A stretch of DNA of 64,000 nucleotides from positions 27,136 to 91,135 of the IMG/VR virus record IMGVR_UViG_3300027861_000017; one strand, 5' to 3'. The notes under the pieces were generated by a model. The model did not search any database and had not been told where the DNA came from. It saw only the letters and a program-made list of their open reading frames with translations. Positions 1 to 10,629 of this stretch are shown in pieces. A program made the position numbers and the translations under genes. The DNA is from a virus. Positions within the stretch are counted from its first letter, which is position 1; each line of letters starts with the position of its first letter.

Positions 1-138
1 AGCCCATATAACTGTATTAGTAATACCAAGAAAAATACCTGTTACTACAAATATATCCATTACAAAAAAAGCAATACTTAAATATAAATCATTCATCTCT
101 TTACCCCTCCTTATCTAATATACAACTTTCAAACATAT

Positions 139-852
139 TTATTCACCCTTATCTAATATGTATCGTTTGTGTAACATCTCTGCTATTTGAAAGTCTACCT
201 CGCTATCTATATCGAAAGCTTGCCAGTCTTCCATGTATAAAGGATAGTTCTTACTATTTAGCACATTGTTTATACCTTTGTCAAGCCATTTCTTATTGTA
301 TACGTATATACTTGCATTCATTTCATGTATTGCAGGAGCGTCCTGTCTCCTGAGATAATCACCTTCACACGCAGTCTTAGATTGACCAAATCTGTCAGTT
401 GTTACCATGTTGAAGTAGGGGTTTTTCCTGGCAGGGGATACAGAGAATACCACATCGAGTGTGGATCTATTGTTCATCATCTCGTGCATACCAACCGCCT
501 CATGGATGTTGATCATAGTTCTTAGTGGTGCTGATACATCTAGGTCTATTACGGTGTCGTATTCCCCCCCATACTCGGCTTCAGCAGCAGACACAGCCTC
601 ACGTATAGCTTCTATCTTAGGAGTGTCGTCTTGGGCTAGTTTAGGGTCTCTATCGTGGTGATATACTCCGTAGGCGTTGCAGAAATGTTTCATACCATCG
701 TAATCAGTTGATACCACTATATCAGCATCCCCATAGATGATAGCTTGAAGGAATGTCCAGTTTATTAAAGGTTGGCCATTCATGTCTTTCATGTTTTTGT
801 CAGGGAGTCCTTTAGACCCCTTACGTGCTAGTATTGTTATCAACTTATTCAC
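139..852 (-). CDS. neuA: Acylneuraminate cytidylyltransferase family (CMP-Neu5Ac/CMP-legionaminate synthetase-like)
   Basis: ILARKGSKGLPDKN N-terminal motif, VSTD, LRRQDAP, NASIYV and DIDSEVDF motifs. Confidence 0.9.
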   Translation of the reverse strand: MNKLITILARKGSKGLPDKNMKDMNGQPLINWTFLQAIIYGDADIVVSTDYDGMKHFCNAYGVYHHDRDPKLAQDDTPKIEAIREAVSAAEAEYGGEYDTVIDLDVSAPLRTMINIHEAVGMHEMMNNRSTLDVVFSVSPARKNPYFNMVTTDRFGQSKTACEGDYLRRQDAPAIHEMNASIYVYNKKWLDKGINNVLNSKNYPLYMEDWQAFDIDSEVDFQIAEMLHKRYILDKGE

Positions 853-1463
853 TATATTACTCCTCCCAAAATCTACTAAATTTCATTACTGATTTGTCAC
901 AGTCAGGGTACGTATCTAATATATATTTCTTCCAAGCTTCAAAGATTCTATCTCTATATTTATCTCCAGATAAATTCTTGATTATATGATAACATTCTTC
1001 AAGAGCTTCATGAGCGTCACCTAAATTATCTATTAAATCTATACCGATAAAATTATTATTGTGATCGGTTATATGTCTATAAGATCCTGCCATTATGCGT
1101 CCTCGTTTTCTGGTAGGTTGGCTATCTGTAGTGCTATTTCGGATCTAAGTTTCATATCTCCCTCTGCGCCAGCTATCATGTATAAATCGTATAAGCCGGT
1201 ATCATCTTGATGGTCACAACGTCCTCCTGGCCATATTACTGGGCATGCGCTACATCCACCATAAATACCTGATGCGTATTGGCAACAGAAACAATCAGCA
1301 TTAACTTCGTCTATAGTTCCACCGTGGAACTTCCACCTAAGCCAATTCCATTTATGTTTCTCTGGGTTCTTTGCAAGCCATGTCCATAGCTCTCTGTGCA
1401 TTTTTATTGCGTATTGTTTATTCATTATTCTTCTCCCAGTCTATATTATATATTCAACATGTA

Positions 1464-1724
1464 TCACTTTAAAATATCTAGTATTTTATTAAGAAACGAT
1501 TTCCTTTCAGGTGCTTTCTTATTGTGTGTACGCTTTCTCAACATTGTAAAATCTTCACATTGCCCTGATTTATTTTTATCTCCAGGGTTTAAACAACATC
1601 TTGAGATGATACCAAGATGTGTCACTGTCTCATATATATTATCGGGATGCAGACAATGTTCTGAGTCTCTTCCGCCATATCCATAATCTTTATAATATTC
1701 ACAATCTGGACAAAAATTAGCCAC
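1464..1724 (-). CDS. Cys-rich small protein, paralog of the N-terminal domain of 2100/3009/3557
   Basis: FCPDCEYY...CLHPDN...NKSGQCEDF pattern shared with neighbours. Confidence 0.6.
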   Translation of the reverse strand: MANFCPDCEYYKDYGYGGRDSEHCLHPDNIYETVTHLGIISRCCLNPGDKNKSGQCEDFTMLRKRTHNKKAPERKSFLNKILDILK

Positions 1725-2099
1725 CTATATTTCCTCCCACTCTATATCTATTATATTCTCTAATAGTTTCTGTTTTATAACCCAGTCCAATGATACTGGG
1801 ATCTTGTAACTACCAAAATCTTCATGTAATTCATTATCATATATTACAAGATGTTTGTCGAATGTTATGTTGTTTATCTTTATAGATTTCTTATTCATCT
1901 TCATCAAGCTTGTACCCCTCCTGTTTTATATAAAAACCACCGGTGCCATTTGATTTTTCTAACCATTCATCGAGGCATTTATGTAGAAACTTTTTATATT
2001 CTAAGTCATTCATATGTTTGGAATCACAATCAGGTGGGCATATGTCGGAGTGTATACCTATTTTACCATCTCTATCATACATAGATTCAGCGTGGACTT

Positions 2100-2609
2100 T
2101 CATTTTTTATCTCTCTCCTCTACCGCTTCATCTAGCTCTTCTAGAATTTCGGGGATGGGTCTGGTTGTTGTTTTAGGCGTATTTTCTTGTATTGGTTCAC
2201 CATTTAATGTGGTTCTAGCTAGATTGTTTTTTATATATAGTTTATCTTTTATATATCCGAACACACTGAAACCTAAAATACCTACACATGTAATTAGATA
2301 ATAAGGTGATAAAATGGTGCAACATAATACATATACAAACAAACACAATAAAGCAATTAAACACCACCTGATATCCCAATGTACCGAGTATCCTAAAAAT
2401 AAACTTAATATCCTAGGCATATATTTATAATTTTTACAATTATTATTATGATTAATATGATCACAAGTTGAAATGGAATATAAATTCCATTTAGAATAAT
2501 TACTGGCTGACCTTCTCATTTTGTTTTCTAGATTGGAAGGATGATAGCAATGACCCCAACCAGAAAGAAGTTCTTTATATTGACATGTGTCGCAATATAC
2601 TTTAGTCAT
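2100..2609 (-). CDS. Cys-rich domain + 2 TM + C-terminal helix tag protein
   Basis: MTKVYCDTC start after RBS; hydrophobic hairpin; ends PIPEILEELDEAVEER. Confidence 0.7.
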   Translation of the reverse strand: MTKVYCDTCQYKELLSGWGHCYHPSNLENKMRRSASNYSKWNLYSISTCDHINHNNNCKNYKYMPRILSLFLGYSVHWDIRWCLIALLCLFVYVLCCTILSPYYLITCVGILGFSVFGYIKDKLYIKNNLARTTLNGEPIQENTPKTTTRPIPEILEELDEAVEERDKK

Positions 2610-3009
2610 TGTTACCCCTCTCTTCCACAGCCTCATCTAGCTCTTCCAAGATCTCAGGGATGGGGCGTTTGGTTTTATGTATACCCCTTAATCTATCATA
2701 TATGTCATCGTTTGTCTCAGGCATACTATCATATAATTCCTTAAGATTATTGCTAAATGTATTTGTGGTTTTCTTTGGTGGAAAACTATTTTTGTGGACT
2801 TGGATTGTGAATTTATATATTTTTAGCATTAACCTAGGTGTTTTACGTAAACATGAATATGTAAATACAAATGGCAGAAAGATCCAAAATAAAATATAAC
2901 AATATGTTATTGGGCCTTCTGGATAGAAATCATCAGCATCCATTACCTCAACAGAAACCAAAGCCCATGCAAATAAATATAACACCAATGAAAATGCTAA
3001 AGTCTCCAT
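2602..3009 (-). CDS. Membrane protein with C-terminal helix tag
   Basis: Two hydrophobic segments; ends PIPEILEELDEAVEER. Confidence 0.7.
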   Translation of the reverse strand: METLAFSLVLYLFAWALVSVEVMDADDFYPEGPITYCYILFWIFLPFVFTYSCLRKTPRLMLKIYKFTIQVHKNSFPPKKTTNTFSNNLKELYDSMPETNDDIYDRLRGIHKTKRPIPEILEELDEAVEERGNND

Positions 3010-3557
3010 TACAGCTCCCTCCTATCTACTATACTCTCTACCCTATCTAGAAGAATAGGTAGTTCCTCTTCGGCCTTCGGGGAGGAGGGTGGGTTCATGT
3101 GAGAGGCTATCTCATCCCATATCGGGTCTTCGGTGGTAAACGGAGTGTTGTAGAGGTTGATCTTATTGCAATATTTTTTGTAATTATTAAGATAATATTT
3201 AATAGTGAATATTATTCCTACCACCCAAATTATAAATGGTATAGGGGAAGAAGATTCGCAGGATATTGCAACCATAGCTGCAAATGTTATCATAAAAGCA
3301 AGGATATTAAATACAACAAATGTATTGTCAACAATGTATGAACAACCATCACCCAATAATGAAGATAATATATTATACCCCTTGTAATTAGGGCAATCGT
3401 TATTGCAGTTTAATTTAGTTCCATGGATACTAACCTTATTATATTGCACCCCAACTGAAGTTTTTCGTATCTTTACATTGCTATAATGACAGCATAGGCT
3501 ACCACTGTATTCAGATTCATCGTAGTAGTAGCATTTATTGCAATATACGTCAGTCAT
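3009..3557 (-). CDS. Cys-rich domain + 2 TM + TTEDPIWD motif + tag
   Basis: Paralogous to 3557..4090. Confidence 0.7.
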   Translation of the reverse strand: MTDVYCNKCYYYDESEYSGSLCCHYSNVKIRKTSVGVQYNKVSIHGTKLNCNNDCPNYKGYNILSSLLGDGCSYIVDNTFVVFNILAFMITFAAMVAISCESSSPIPFIIWVVGIIFTIKYYLNNYKKYCNKINLYNTPFTTEDPIWDEIASHMNPPSSPKAEEELPILLDRVESIVDRREL

Positions 3558-4090
3558 TACTCTTGTCTCCTATCTATCTCAATGTCTAGATCATCTAACA
3601 TTTGAGGTATTTTATCTTTTTTGGGTTGCGGGTCGCTCATGTGTTGGGCTATATCATCCCAGATTGGGTCTTCAGTGGTGAAAAATTCAGTACTGTGTTG
3701 TCTTATTTTTTTATGATATTTAGCCTCAGAATTCATTAGACTAAAGAAAACAGATACTACAATTCCTATCCAAGTTAGGAGGGGTATAAAAGAGCCCAAT
3801 CCACAAGTCATAGAAACAAAAAGAATTGATCCTGCAACCAGTAGAACGCTAAGAACCCCTATCATGAAGTCTTGAGCTATAAAAGCTGCACCATCACCAA
3901 AAAAGGCTGAAAATATTGTACCCTTCTTATAGAGATCGCAACTATTATATCTATTTAATCCCTCATATTCAATATCCAATGGCGTATATTCTATATCGAT
4001 AGGTGTTTCTGTGATAACCACGTTTTTAAAATGTCTACACTCAGAATTATCACTTGAGTAATGACAATCTTTACAATATACCTTAGTCAT
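3557..4090 (-). CDS. Cys-rich domain + 2 TM + TTEDPIWD motif + tag
   Basis: Paralogous to 3009..3557. Confidence 0.7.
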   Translation of the reverse strand: MTKVYCKDCHYSSDNSECRHFKNVVITETPIDIEYTPLDIEYEGLNRYNSCDLYKKGTIFSAFFGDGAAFIAQDFMIGVLSVLLVAGSILFVSMTCGLGSFIPLLTWIGIVVSVFFSLMNSEAKYHKKIRQHSTEFFTTEDPIWDDIAQHMSDPQPKKDKIPQMLDDLDIEIDRRQE

Positions 4091-4535
4091 TGTTATCTCT
4101 CCTATCTATCTCTGTATCTATCTTATCTAATAGATCAGGTATGATGTTTTTGGGTTGTTGCGGGTCGCTCATGTGTTGGGCTATTTCATCCCATATTGAG
4201 TCTTTGGTGGTCCAAAGTTTTGTCTTATCATCATGCATACTCCTTAGTTTAAATGCTATTGCTATCCATATAGCAGCAAAAACTAGAATAGGCCATACAA
4301 CTGAAATTACTGCTAGCAATATTAAATATATTAATGGTATTACACCTATAAAAAAGGCACAACAATCACTGTCATTCTTATATCTAGCAAAACCCAAAGC
4401 TGTTAGGTAGTAAAGATCTTCTCTCTTAACCCACTTATTGGTCATGTAAATTGAATTCAATATCCAATGCGATAATAAAACTAATGGGATTGACCATAAT
4501 ATAAGTTTCATAATACTACAATATATGTCTAACAT
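4083..4535 (-). CDS. Membrane protein with IWDEIAQHMSDP motif + tag
   Basis: 3' end near-identical at DNA level to 3557..4090. Confidence 0.7.
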   Translation of the reverse strand: MLDIYCSIMKLILWSIPLVLLSHWILNSIYMTNKWVKREDLYYLTALGFARYKNDSDCCAFFIGVIPLIYLILLAVISVVWPILVFAAIWIAIAFKLRSMHDDKTKLWTTKDSIWDEIAQHMSDPQQPKNIIPDLLDKIDTEIDRRDNND

Positions 4536-4923
4536 TATTCATCCCTCTCTTCTATAGCTTCATCTAACTCTGTTAGTTTAATACTGACTTTATCTTGTAG
4601 CTTAGTTAGTTTCTTTTTGTTGTTCTTAATCTTATTCCAGAATGATTCTTCGTCTGTGTCTATGGGAGTTCCATAGTCTATTGGTTCGGGTGGTTCGGGG
4701 TTCATTCTTTTAATTAATATATCAATATCATATGTAGTACAATGATTAAACCAAGCATCTTCTATACAAACCCAACGCTCATACCCATCAAAAGACTTCA
4801 AATTAAAATACAAATATCCTAAAAACCATTTCCTAATAGCATATTTCCCATCATTAAATCTAACAATCTTCATCATCATCTCCATATTGGGCCTGCCCCA
4901 CACAGACCCAACACAATTAAGTA

Positions 4924-5088
4924 TCAATCCCTGGCTGCTATTATCTTCTCCAATTCTTCAAACAAATCCTTTGACTTTCTTCTAAGTGGACTCTTAGCAT
5001 TCCTTACACTCTTAAAGAAAGAAGATATAACCCCTGTACGTTTATTAACATAATAAAGTATCCCACCTATTACAATAAGATAGAACAT
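4924..5088 (-). CDS. 54-aa single-TM protein with tag (below ORF-track cutoff)
   Basis: MFYLIVIGGILYY...KSKDLFEELEKIIAARD; fills gap between coupled ORFs. Confidence 0.6.
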   Translation of the reverse strand: MFYLIVIGGILYYVNKRTGVISSFFKSVRNAKSPLRRKSKDLFEELEKIIAARD

Positions 5089-5659
5089 GTTACACCTCTA
5101 CGTCTAGGATATTAGTATCAAGAAGCTTCTCATAATTAGCTACGAACTTGTCATAGATAGACTTAGCTTTGTTGATCTCAACTATCCTTGATTGGAGTAG
5201 AGCTATGACCTTCTCTTTTTTCTCACCAACCAGCTTTGTTCTGGCTTCTGCTTCGAGTGATCTTACTGTTGCTGCCATTTCATCGAAACTACCTACTGTA
5301 TCCCTTACTGTTCCTTCTGTCATGTTAATTCTCCCTTCCTTCTAGTTTAAGGTTAATGTTATCCAAATCATCCTCTATGGAGTTATTGGGGTTATCTTTG
5401 TTGTCGTTCTTAACTCTCTCATCTATTATTTCATGCATGGCATATTCTATTCCATTGCACAAATGCAATTCTGCGTATTTATAATCAGTTTCAGGATGAG
5501 TATGAAAATAAGGGCATTCATCATTGCAATAGCCACCCCAGTCAGGATTAAGGCAAGCTTGCCTCTTGAAATAACTGCCCCTTTTAAAATATAACCAGCC
5601 TCCTTCATCTATCTTACATCTATGTGGCATTCTATCCCCTCCCTTCTACCTTCTTATCT

Positions 5660-5695
5660 ACTATATCTAAAGCTTCTTGTATTGTCAAGTTGTCT
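5660..5695 (-). promoter_or_regulatory. Sigma70-type promoter within a 34-bp repeat, copy 1
   Basis: TTGACA-17-TATAGT inside the 3' end of ORF 5632..5868; identical 34 bp at 6890..6923. Confidence 0.6.
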
Positions 5696-6066
5696 ATGTG
5701 GTTTTTTATAGCTTGTTTATTGGTTATGGATTTATATGGTGGACGTTTAGACATTTCACATTCTTTAATGTAAATATCTTCATTAATACAAATGTAAATT
5801 GTATGCATTATTGCATAACCAATCAATAAACCTTCTGCAAATATCAATAACATGTCTAACTTTGTCATTCCCCCACCTTCTTCCACACAGTACAAAGAGG
5901 GAAGATCTTACCATCGCCACCGAACCCAGAACGCTCAAGCATCATACATACTATCCTGGCTTCATGGAGTGTATCATGGTAATCCCTGGTTTCTGAGAAT
6001 CCATATTCATCTTTAACATTTGAGTCTTCTGGCCATAATGCTATTGATATATATTCCTTAGTCATA

Positions 6067-6849
6067 TTATTCCCCCACCTTCTCTACTATCTTTCTAAAT
6101 AAAGGCTCTGCCTCAAAGATGTTATTCATCATACTAGGGTTGTCTATGTTTGTAAAGAAGTATTTTAATTGGTCTATGTATATTTGGTCTATCACTTTTA
6201 TATGGGTGGTGATTCCGGCTACCCTCAATAATCTAAGCTCTTGTGAGGAGGCTAAATCTAGCTCTACATGAGTTGAAGTAGAATCTTCATGGGTCAGTGT
6301 GTATTTGCCGTGTTTGTCGAAGGTGGAGCCATCTATGGATTGTATGGGGCCAAATAGGTATTGAGTGTAATCCAATTCGTGGGATAATTCAAAAAGGACG
6401 TGATCTAGTTCTCTTTGGGAGGGCCAATTGTTAGAATTGGTTTTACAGACAATTTCTCTGCGTGATGTTTCTTTTCCTGTTAGATGGGATTTGAGGTGGG
6501 TTATTACGTGGTTAAATCTAAGACAATATCCTATGTAGGTGATAACGCCTTCATCTTTAACTAATTTCAATAATATATCTAAGTTTTTATCACTGACATC
6601 AACCGGCTTCTCTATAAAAAGCCTCTTTATACCTCTTTCGATACAGTATATGGCTGCCTCGATGTGTTTGTCTGAGGGGTAGCATATAAATGCGGCATCG
6701 AAGTGGGATAAGTCCACATTACTGTTGCCTTTTATATCTAGCTCCTTGACATCGTATAAACGGTGGTCATAGTTCTTCTGGATTAAACTCCAGTGTTTAT
6801 TACCTATGCTGCCAAGACCGAAAAACAATATTTGCAAACTGTCATCCAT
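6067..6849 (-). CDS. Gfo/Idh/MocA family oxidoreductase
   Basis: GLGSIG Rossmann motif, FIEKP, GYCLRF, ELSHELDY. Confidence 0.85.
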   Translation of the reverse strand: MDDSLQILFFGLGSIGNKHWSLIQKNYDHRLYDVKELDIKGNSNVDLSHFDAAFICYPSDKHIEAAIYCIERGIKRLFIEKPVDVSDKNLDILLKLVKDEGVITYIGYCLRFNHVITHLKSHLTGKETSRREIVCKTNSNNWPSQRELDHVLFELSHELDYTQYLFGPIQSIDGSTFDKHGKYTLTHEDSTSTHVELDLASSQELRLLRVAGITTHIKVIDQIYIDQLKYFFTNIDNPSMMNNIFEAEPLFRKIVEKVGE

Positions 6850-6887
6850 TGGTTGTTATGTCCTCCCTTTGTTTTACCTTATTGTCT

Positions 6888-6923
6888 AATATATCTAAAG
6901 CTTCTTGTATTGTCAAGTTGTCT
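6888..6923 (-). promoter_or_regulatory. Sigma70-type promoter within a 34-bp repeat, copy 2
   Basis: TTGACA-17-TATATT inside the 3' end of ORF 6842..7198. Confidence 0.6.
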
Positions 6924-7393
6924 TTGTAGTTTTGGATTGTTTGTTTTTGGGAGGGTGGTTGTGTTGCTGGATTGATGTAATAATTAACCCTTCCGGTTGG
7001 GTGTCTTGGTGGTGGGTTGTTAGTTCTACCACTAATGAAAAAACACCCACATAACATTGAGAGTGGGGCTGAAGACAAAGATAGGGAAGTTATCAAAGCA
7101 TACCAAGCAGGCTCCCATATATTACAAAGCGCAGTATAAGAAAATACAAATGTGAAAAGAGAAATAGAACAAAGTACAATTACATCTTCTTTATTCATCT
7201 TTTATAATCTCCCATCCTATATATGGTCCTACCGTGATTGGGGTTTCTGCTTCCATATCATTATCCCATTCGGCGAAATAGTCTAACTCAAAATCATTAA
7301 ACGCTTCGTTAGCTATATCTACTAATGAATCATCTGGGTATTTGTAGCTTTCGTTTAAGATGTATTGGATAGCTCTTCTGGTGTTATTATCCA

Positions 7394-7591
7394 TTAGCAA
7401 CCTCCACTACCACAAGATCTTGCAGGTGATCCATGACCACATCCACCACTACCACAACCCACTGTAGATGATTCAGTGTCTCTCTTTATGACATACTTCT
7501 CTTTCTTAGTCTTTTTAGCGTTTCCCTCTAGAGCATCCAACCTCTCCGTAATCCTTTGCAATGCCTCTGCTATTTCTTCTAATACTCCCAT
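7394..7591 (-). CDS. Small protein with helical N-terminus and Cys/Gly/Ser-rich tail (candidate rSAM substrate)
   Basis: CGSGGC twice in the C-terminal 22 aa; starts 2 nt after the rSAM stop. Confidence 0.65.
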   Translation of the reverse strand: MGVLEEIAEALQRITERLDALEGNAKKTKKEKYVIKRDTESSTVGCGSGGCGHGSPARSCGSGGC

Positions 7592-7593
7592 CT

Positions 7594-8424
7594 TTACCCC
7601 TCCGTATGTAATATTATATTTTTACCCCAATCGGCAGACAATGTTCCATCAGGATGAAATACACATTCATAAACTAAATCTAATCCTTCTGAAGGTTCTG
7701 GTATAGATGCCTTCCATGTAACTGGCATGCCATCTATTATCATCGTAGATGACCTACAAACTGGGCATCTATTCTCAGAAATAACCTTATAGTCCTTGAA
7801 CCAAAGCTCCTCATCTTGAGGCTCCAATGAGCAATCATCGTAATGCTGATGCCTAAAACATACACTTGATATGCTAGTATATTTACAAGACTCAATATGG
7901 TCTTCTATATCAGATTTATCTTGGAATTGTCCAACTAAAACACAATTAGCATTAACCTTTATCCCATTTTTATTGAAAAAGGTTGTAATATCCATTAAAT
8001 CTTCTGTATTTAATATAGGAGACATAATATCAAAACATTTTGCATCTTCATAGCTAATGAATGAATGTTTACTGATATTGATATAATCTATAACAATAAG
8101 ATCTGGCCTCATTAAGCCATCTATGAAATTCTGTAAATGATATCCATTTGTAGTTAAAACAATTTTTCGGAACTTGTCTCTATATTTCAGTAGCATCTTT
8201 AAAACATATGATAGATATGTCGAAGCAGTAGGCTCTCCACCAGTTAAGCTTATCTGATAAAATTGGTCCGGCAATGATGATAATACCTCCTCCAATCTAG
8301 ACATGTATGCTTCAAATGGCAATTCATAGGATCTCTCCCAGAAACAAAATCCACAATTGGCGTTGCAGGGTCCAGGGAGGATAATACTGAAGTTGGGATC
8401 TTCTATTGTTAGAATTTCGTCCAC
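7594..8424 (-). CDS. Radical SAM protein
   Basis: CNANCGFC (CxxxCxxC), LTGGEPT, LTTNG; probable GTG start after GAGGAGG. Confidence 0.9.
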   Translation of the reverse strand: MDEILTIEDPNFSIILPGPCNANCGFCFWERSYELPFEAYMSRLEEVLSSLPDQFYQISLTGGEPTASTYLSYVLKMLLKYRDKFRKIVLTTNGYHLQNFIDGLMRPDLIVIDYINISKHSFISYEDAKCFDIMSPILNTEDLMDITTFFNKNGIKVNANCVLVGQFQDKSDIEDHIESCKYTSISSVCFRHQHYDDCSLEPQDEELWFKDYKVISENRCPVCRSSTMIIDGMPVTWKASIPEPSEGLDLVYECVFHPDGTLSADWGKNIILHTEG

Positions 8425-8951
8425 AAAACCTCCTCGACTGCATCGCATATTTGGCCCATGCAATTCCTCACAATAGCTTCCTCAAGTGCCCTTCTACCTT
8501 CAGGAGTTAATCTGTATATAACATCATCACCCATCCAGGATGGTGGAGTCTCTTTTGAAGCGTATCCAGCTAAGACTAATTTCTCGAATCCAACTGAGTC
8601 TTCACAATCAAAGCTAGTACCAAACCAATTTCTGTCTGGACCGCTTATAGTGTGTTCCATTAAGCTTCTTTGGAAATTAGTGATTTTCATTAATCATCCT
8701 CCCACCATTTACTATTGGGTAAACCTTTAATGCGATGCTCGACTTCTCCCCAACCTATACACCCATCCATGCCATCACCTATACCCTCACCGTAAATTTC
8801 TATTCCACCAACTGCATTCATAATATCAGCATCTGGATCACCTATACGAACCGATAAATAACCCCAACGATATCTAACATAAACAGGTCTATTCTCAAAT
8901 GTTCTAAATTCCCATTGAGTGGGACAAGCACCACAAGTTTGTATTAATTCA

Positions 8952-9347
8952 TCAATTTTCATATATATGCCCCACTACCTCTAAATCGTTAGTTTGATTA
9001 CCAAAATATTCTATTTGGTTATGACCTGAGAATGGTACAAATATCCTCCATTCCTTATCTTTATTGACCCAATAGCCAAAAGCTCCTAGATGTTTTTCTA
9101 CTTCGATTATCCAGTGGCTAAATCTTAGCTTATCACCTTGATATATTTTGTTACCGTTTTTATCAATGATATCAATGAATTGCATAATTTCAGCTACGGC
9201 GGGGTAATAACCACCGTATTCATCTAGGCTTTCCTCTAATACAATAACTTTACCGTCCTCGATAGTTAATATAAAGTGGTCGTCATTGTAATCCCCATCT
9301 ATCATCTCTTCGCCAGCCCACGCTCTAAATTCATTATCATCCATCAT
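8952..9347 (-). CDS. YopX family phage protein
   Basis: EFRAW, MQF..IIDKNGNKIYQGD, LEVVGHIYEN. Confidence 0.85.
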   Translation of the reverse strand: MMDDNEFRAWAGEEMIDGDYNDDHFILTIEDGKVIVLEESLDEYGGYYPAVAEIMQFIDIIDKNGNKIYQGDKLRFSHWIIEVEKHLGAFGYWVNKDKEWRIFVPFSGHNQIEYFGNQTNDLEVVGHIYEN

Positions 9348-10629
9348 CCCCTCCACTACGCTATGTCATCATCGTTGTCCAATTCCAACAGATTTTCAAA
9401 AAACGGAGTTAATTTTTTAAAAAGTTTATATATTGCCTCAGATTTATTCATAGCACTGATTATACATTCGTGGCCAGCTTGACCTTCTGACAGTCTTTCC
9501 ATTTCATAAAATATGTCATCAGTTAATTCATCTAGATCTATTTTGTATTTAGTATAACTCATTGATCTCCTCCCTTAACTATGGTCCTATATTGTATATG
9601 GCATCTAAGTAGTCTATCTATGTGCATCCTATCTGAACAATAATGAACATCATCATAGAAGTCCTCCACAGATGTTTCTATATGAAGAAGCTTGTAATTA
9701 AAGCCCCCTTCCCCCATATTAACAAAGTCTGCTATAGCTGCACTGTCCCATCCCATATCAATAAGATACCTTCTTAAATACAACTCCCATAATCTTATAA
9801 AGTCAGGATCTGCTTTAGAAGCCCATGAAATAACCTCATCTATGAAATCAGATCTACTTTTCTCTTCGGCTCTTCTTTGATAGTAATATTCTATCGTTTC
9901 ATAGTTTTCTGGCTTATCACCTTCTATAGCTTCTATCATGCATTCTTCACATACTTCCTCATCACCCTTACGAATGAACTCAGCTTCATCTTCACCGCAC
10001 CATTCACACTTACTCATCACTATTCCCCTTAGTTAAAAACCTTTCACCCCATACACCAGCAAATATACCCCATGTGAAATAGAAAGCTGGCCATAACTCT
10101 ACCTCAGTTCCTCTATCTATAAACCATGCTAGAAACAAAGATCCGAAAATTATTGATAGTCCTATGATACTATTCTTCATCATGTTTTCCCCTAAAAGCC
10201 CCAATAATCAGATTCTAAAACTATATCCTTGGGACCAAGCGGTTGTGTTGTTTTATATGAATTAGTGTTAACTATAATTCTATCCCATTTATTACATTCC
10301 ATATTGGAAATTAATATTCTGTCATCTGGATCATTTTTAGCTTTTACTTCTTCAAGTGTTAAGACTTCACCACCTAAATAATACATACCACTCCTTTCTG
10401 TCTCCTTGCTATCAAGCTCGTAATCCTCTCTGGCCCTAGTAGAAAAACGAAAACCATAAGGTAAGGCTCCGTATCTCTCTTTAATGTTTTTAGACATCTC
10501 AATAGCGGTGTCGATGTTCCAAGACTCGATTGGTTTCGTGGTTTCTTCGGATACAAAAGAACCTGGGCTTAAAAATGTTACAAAATGTTTTTCCATGTTA
10601 ATCTCCTAAAGTATAATATTATCAATAAG

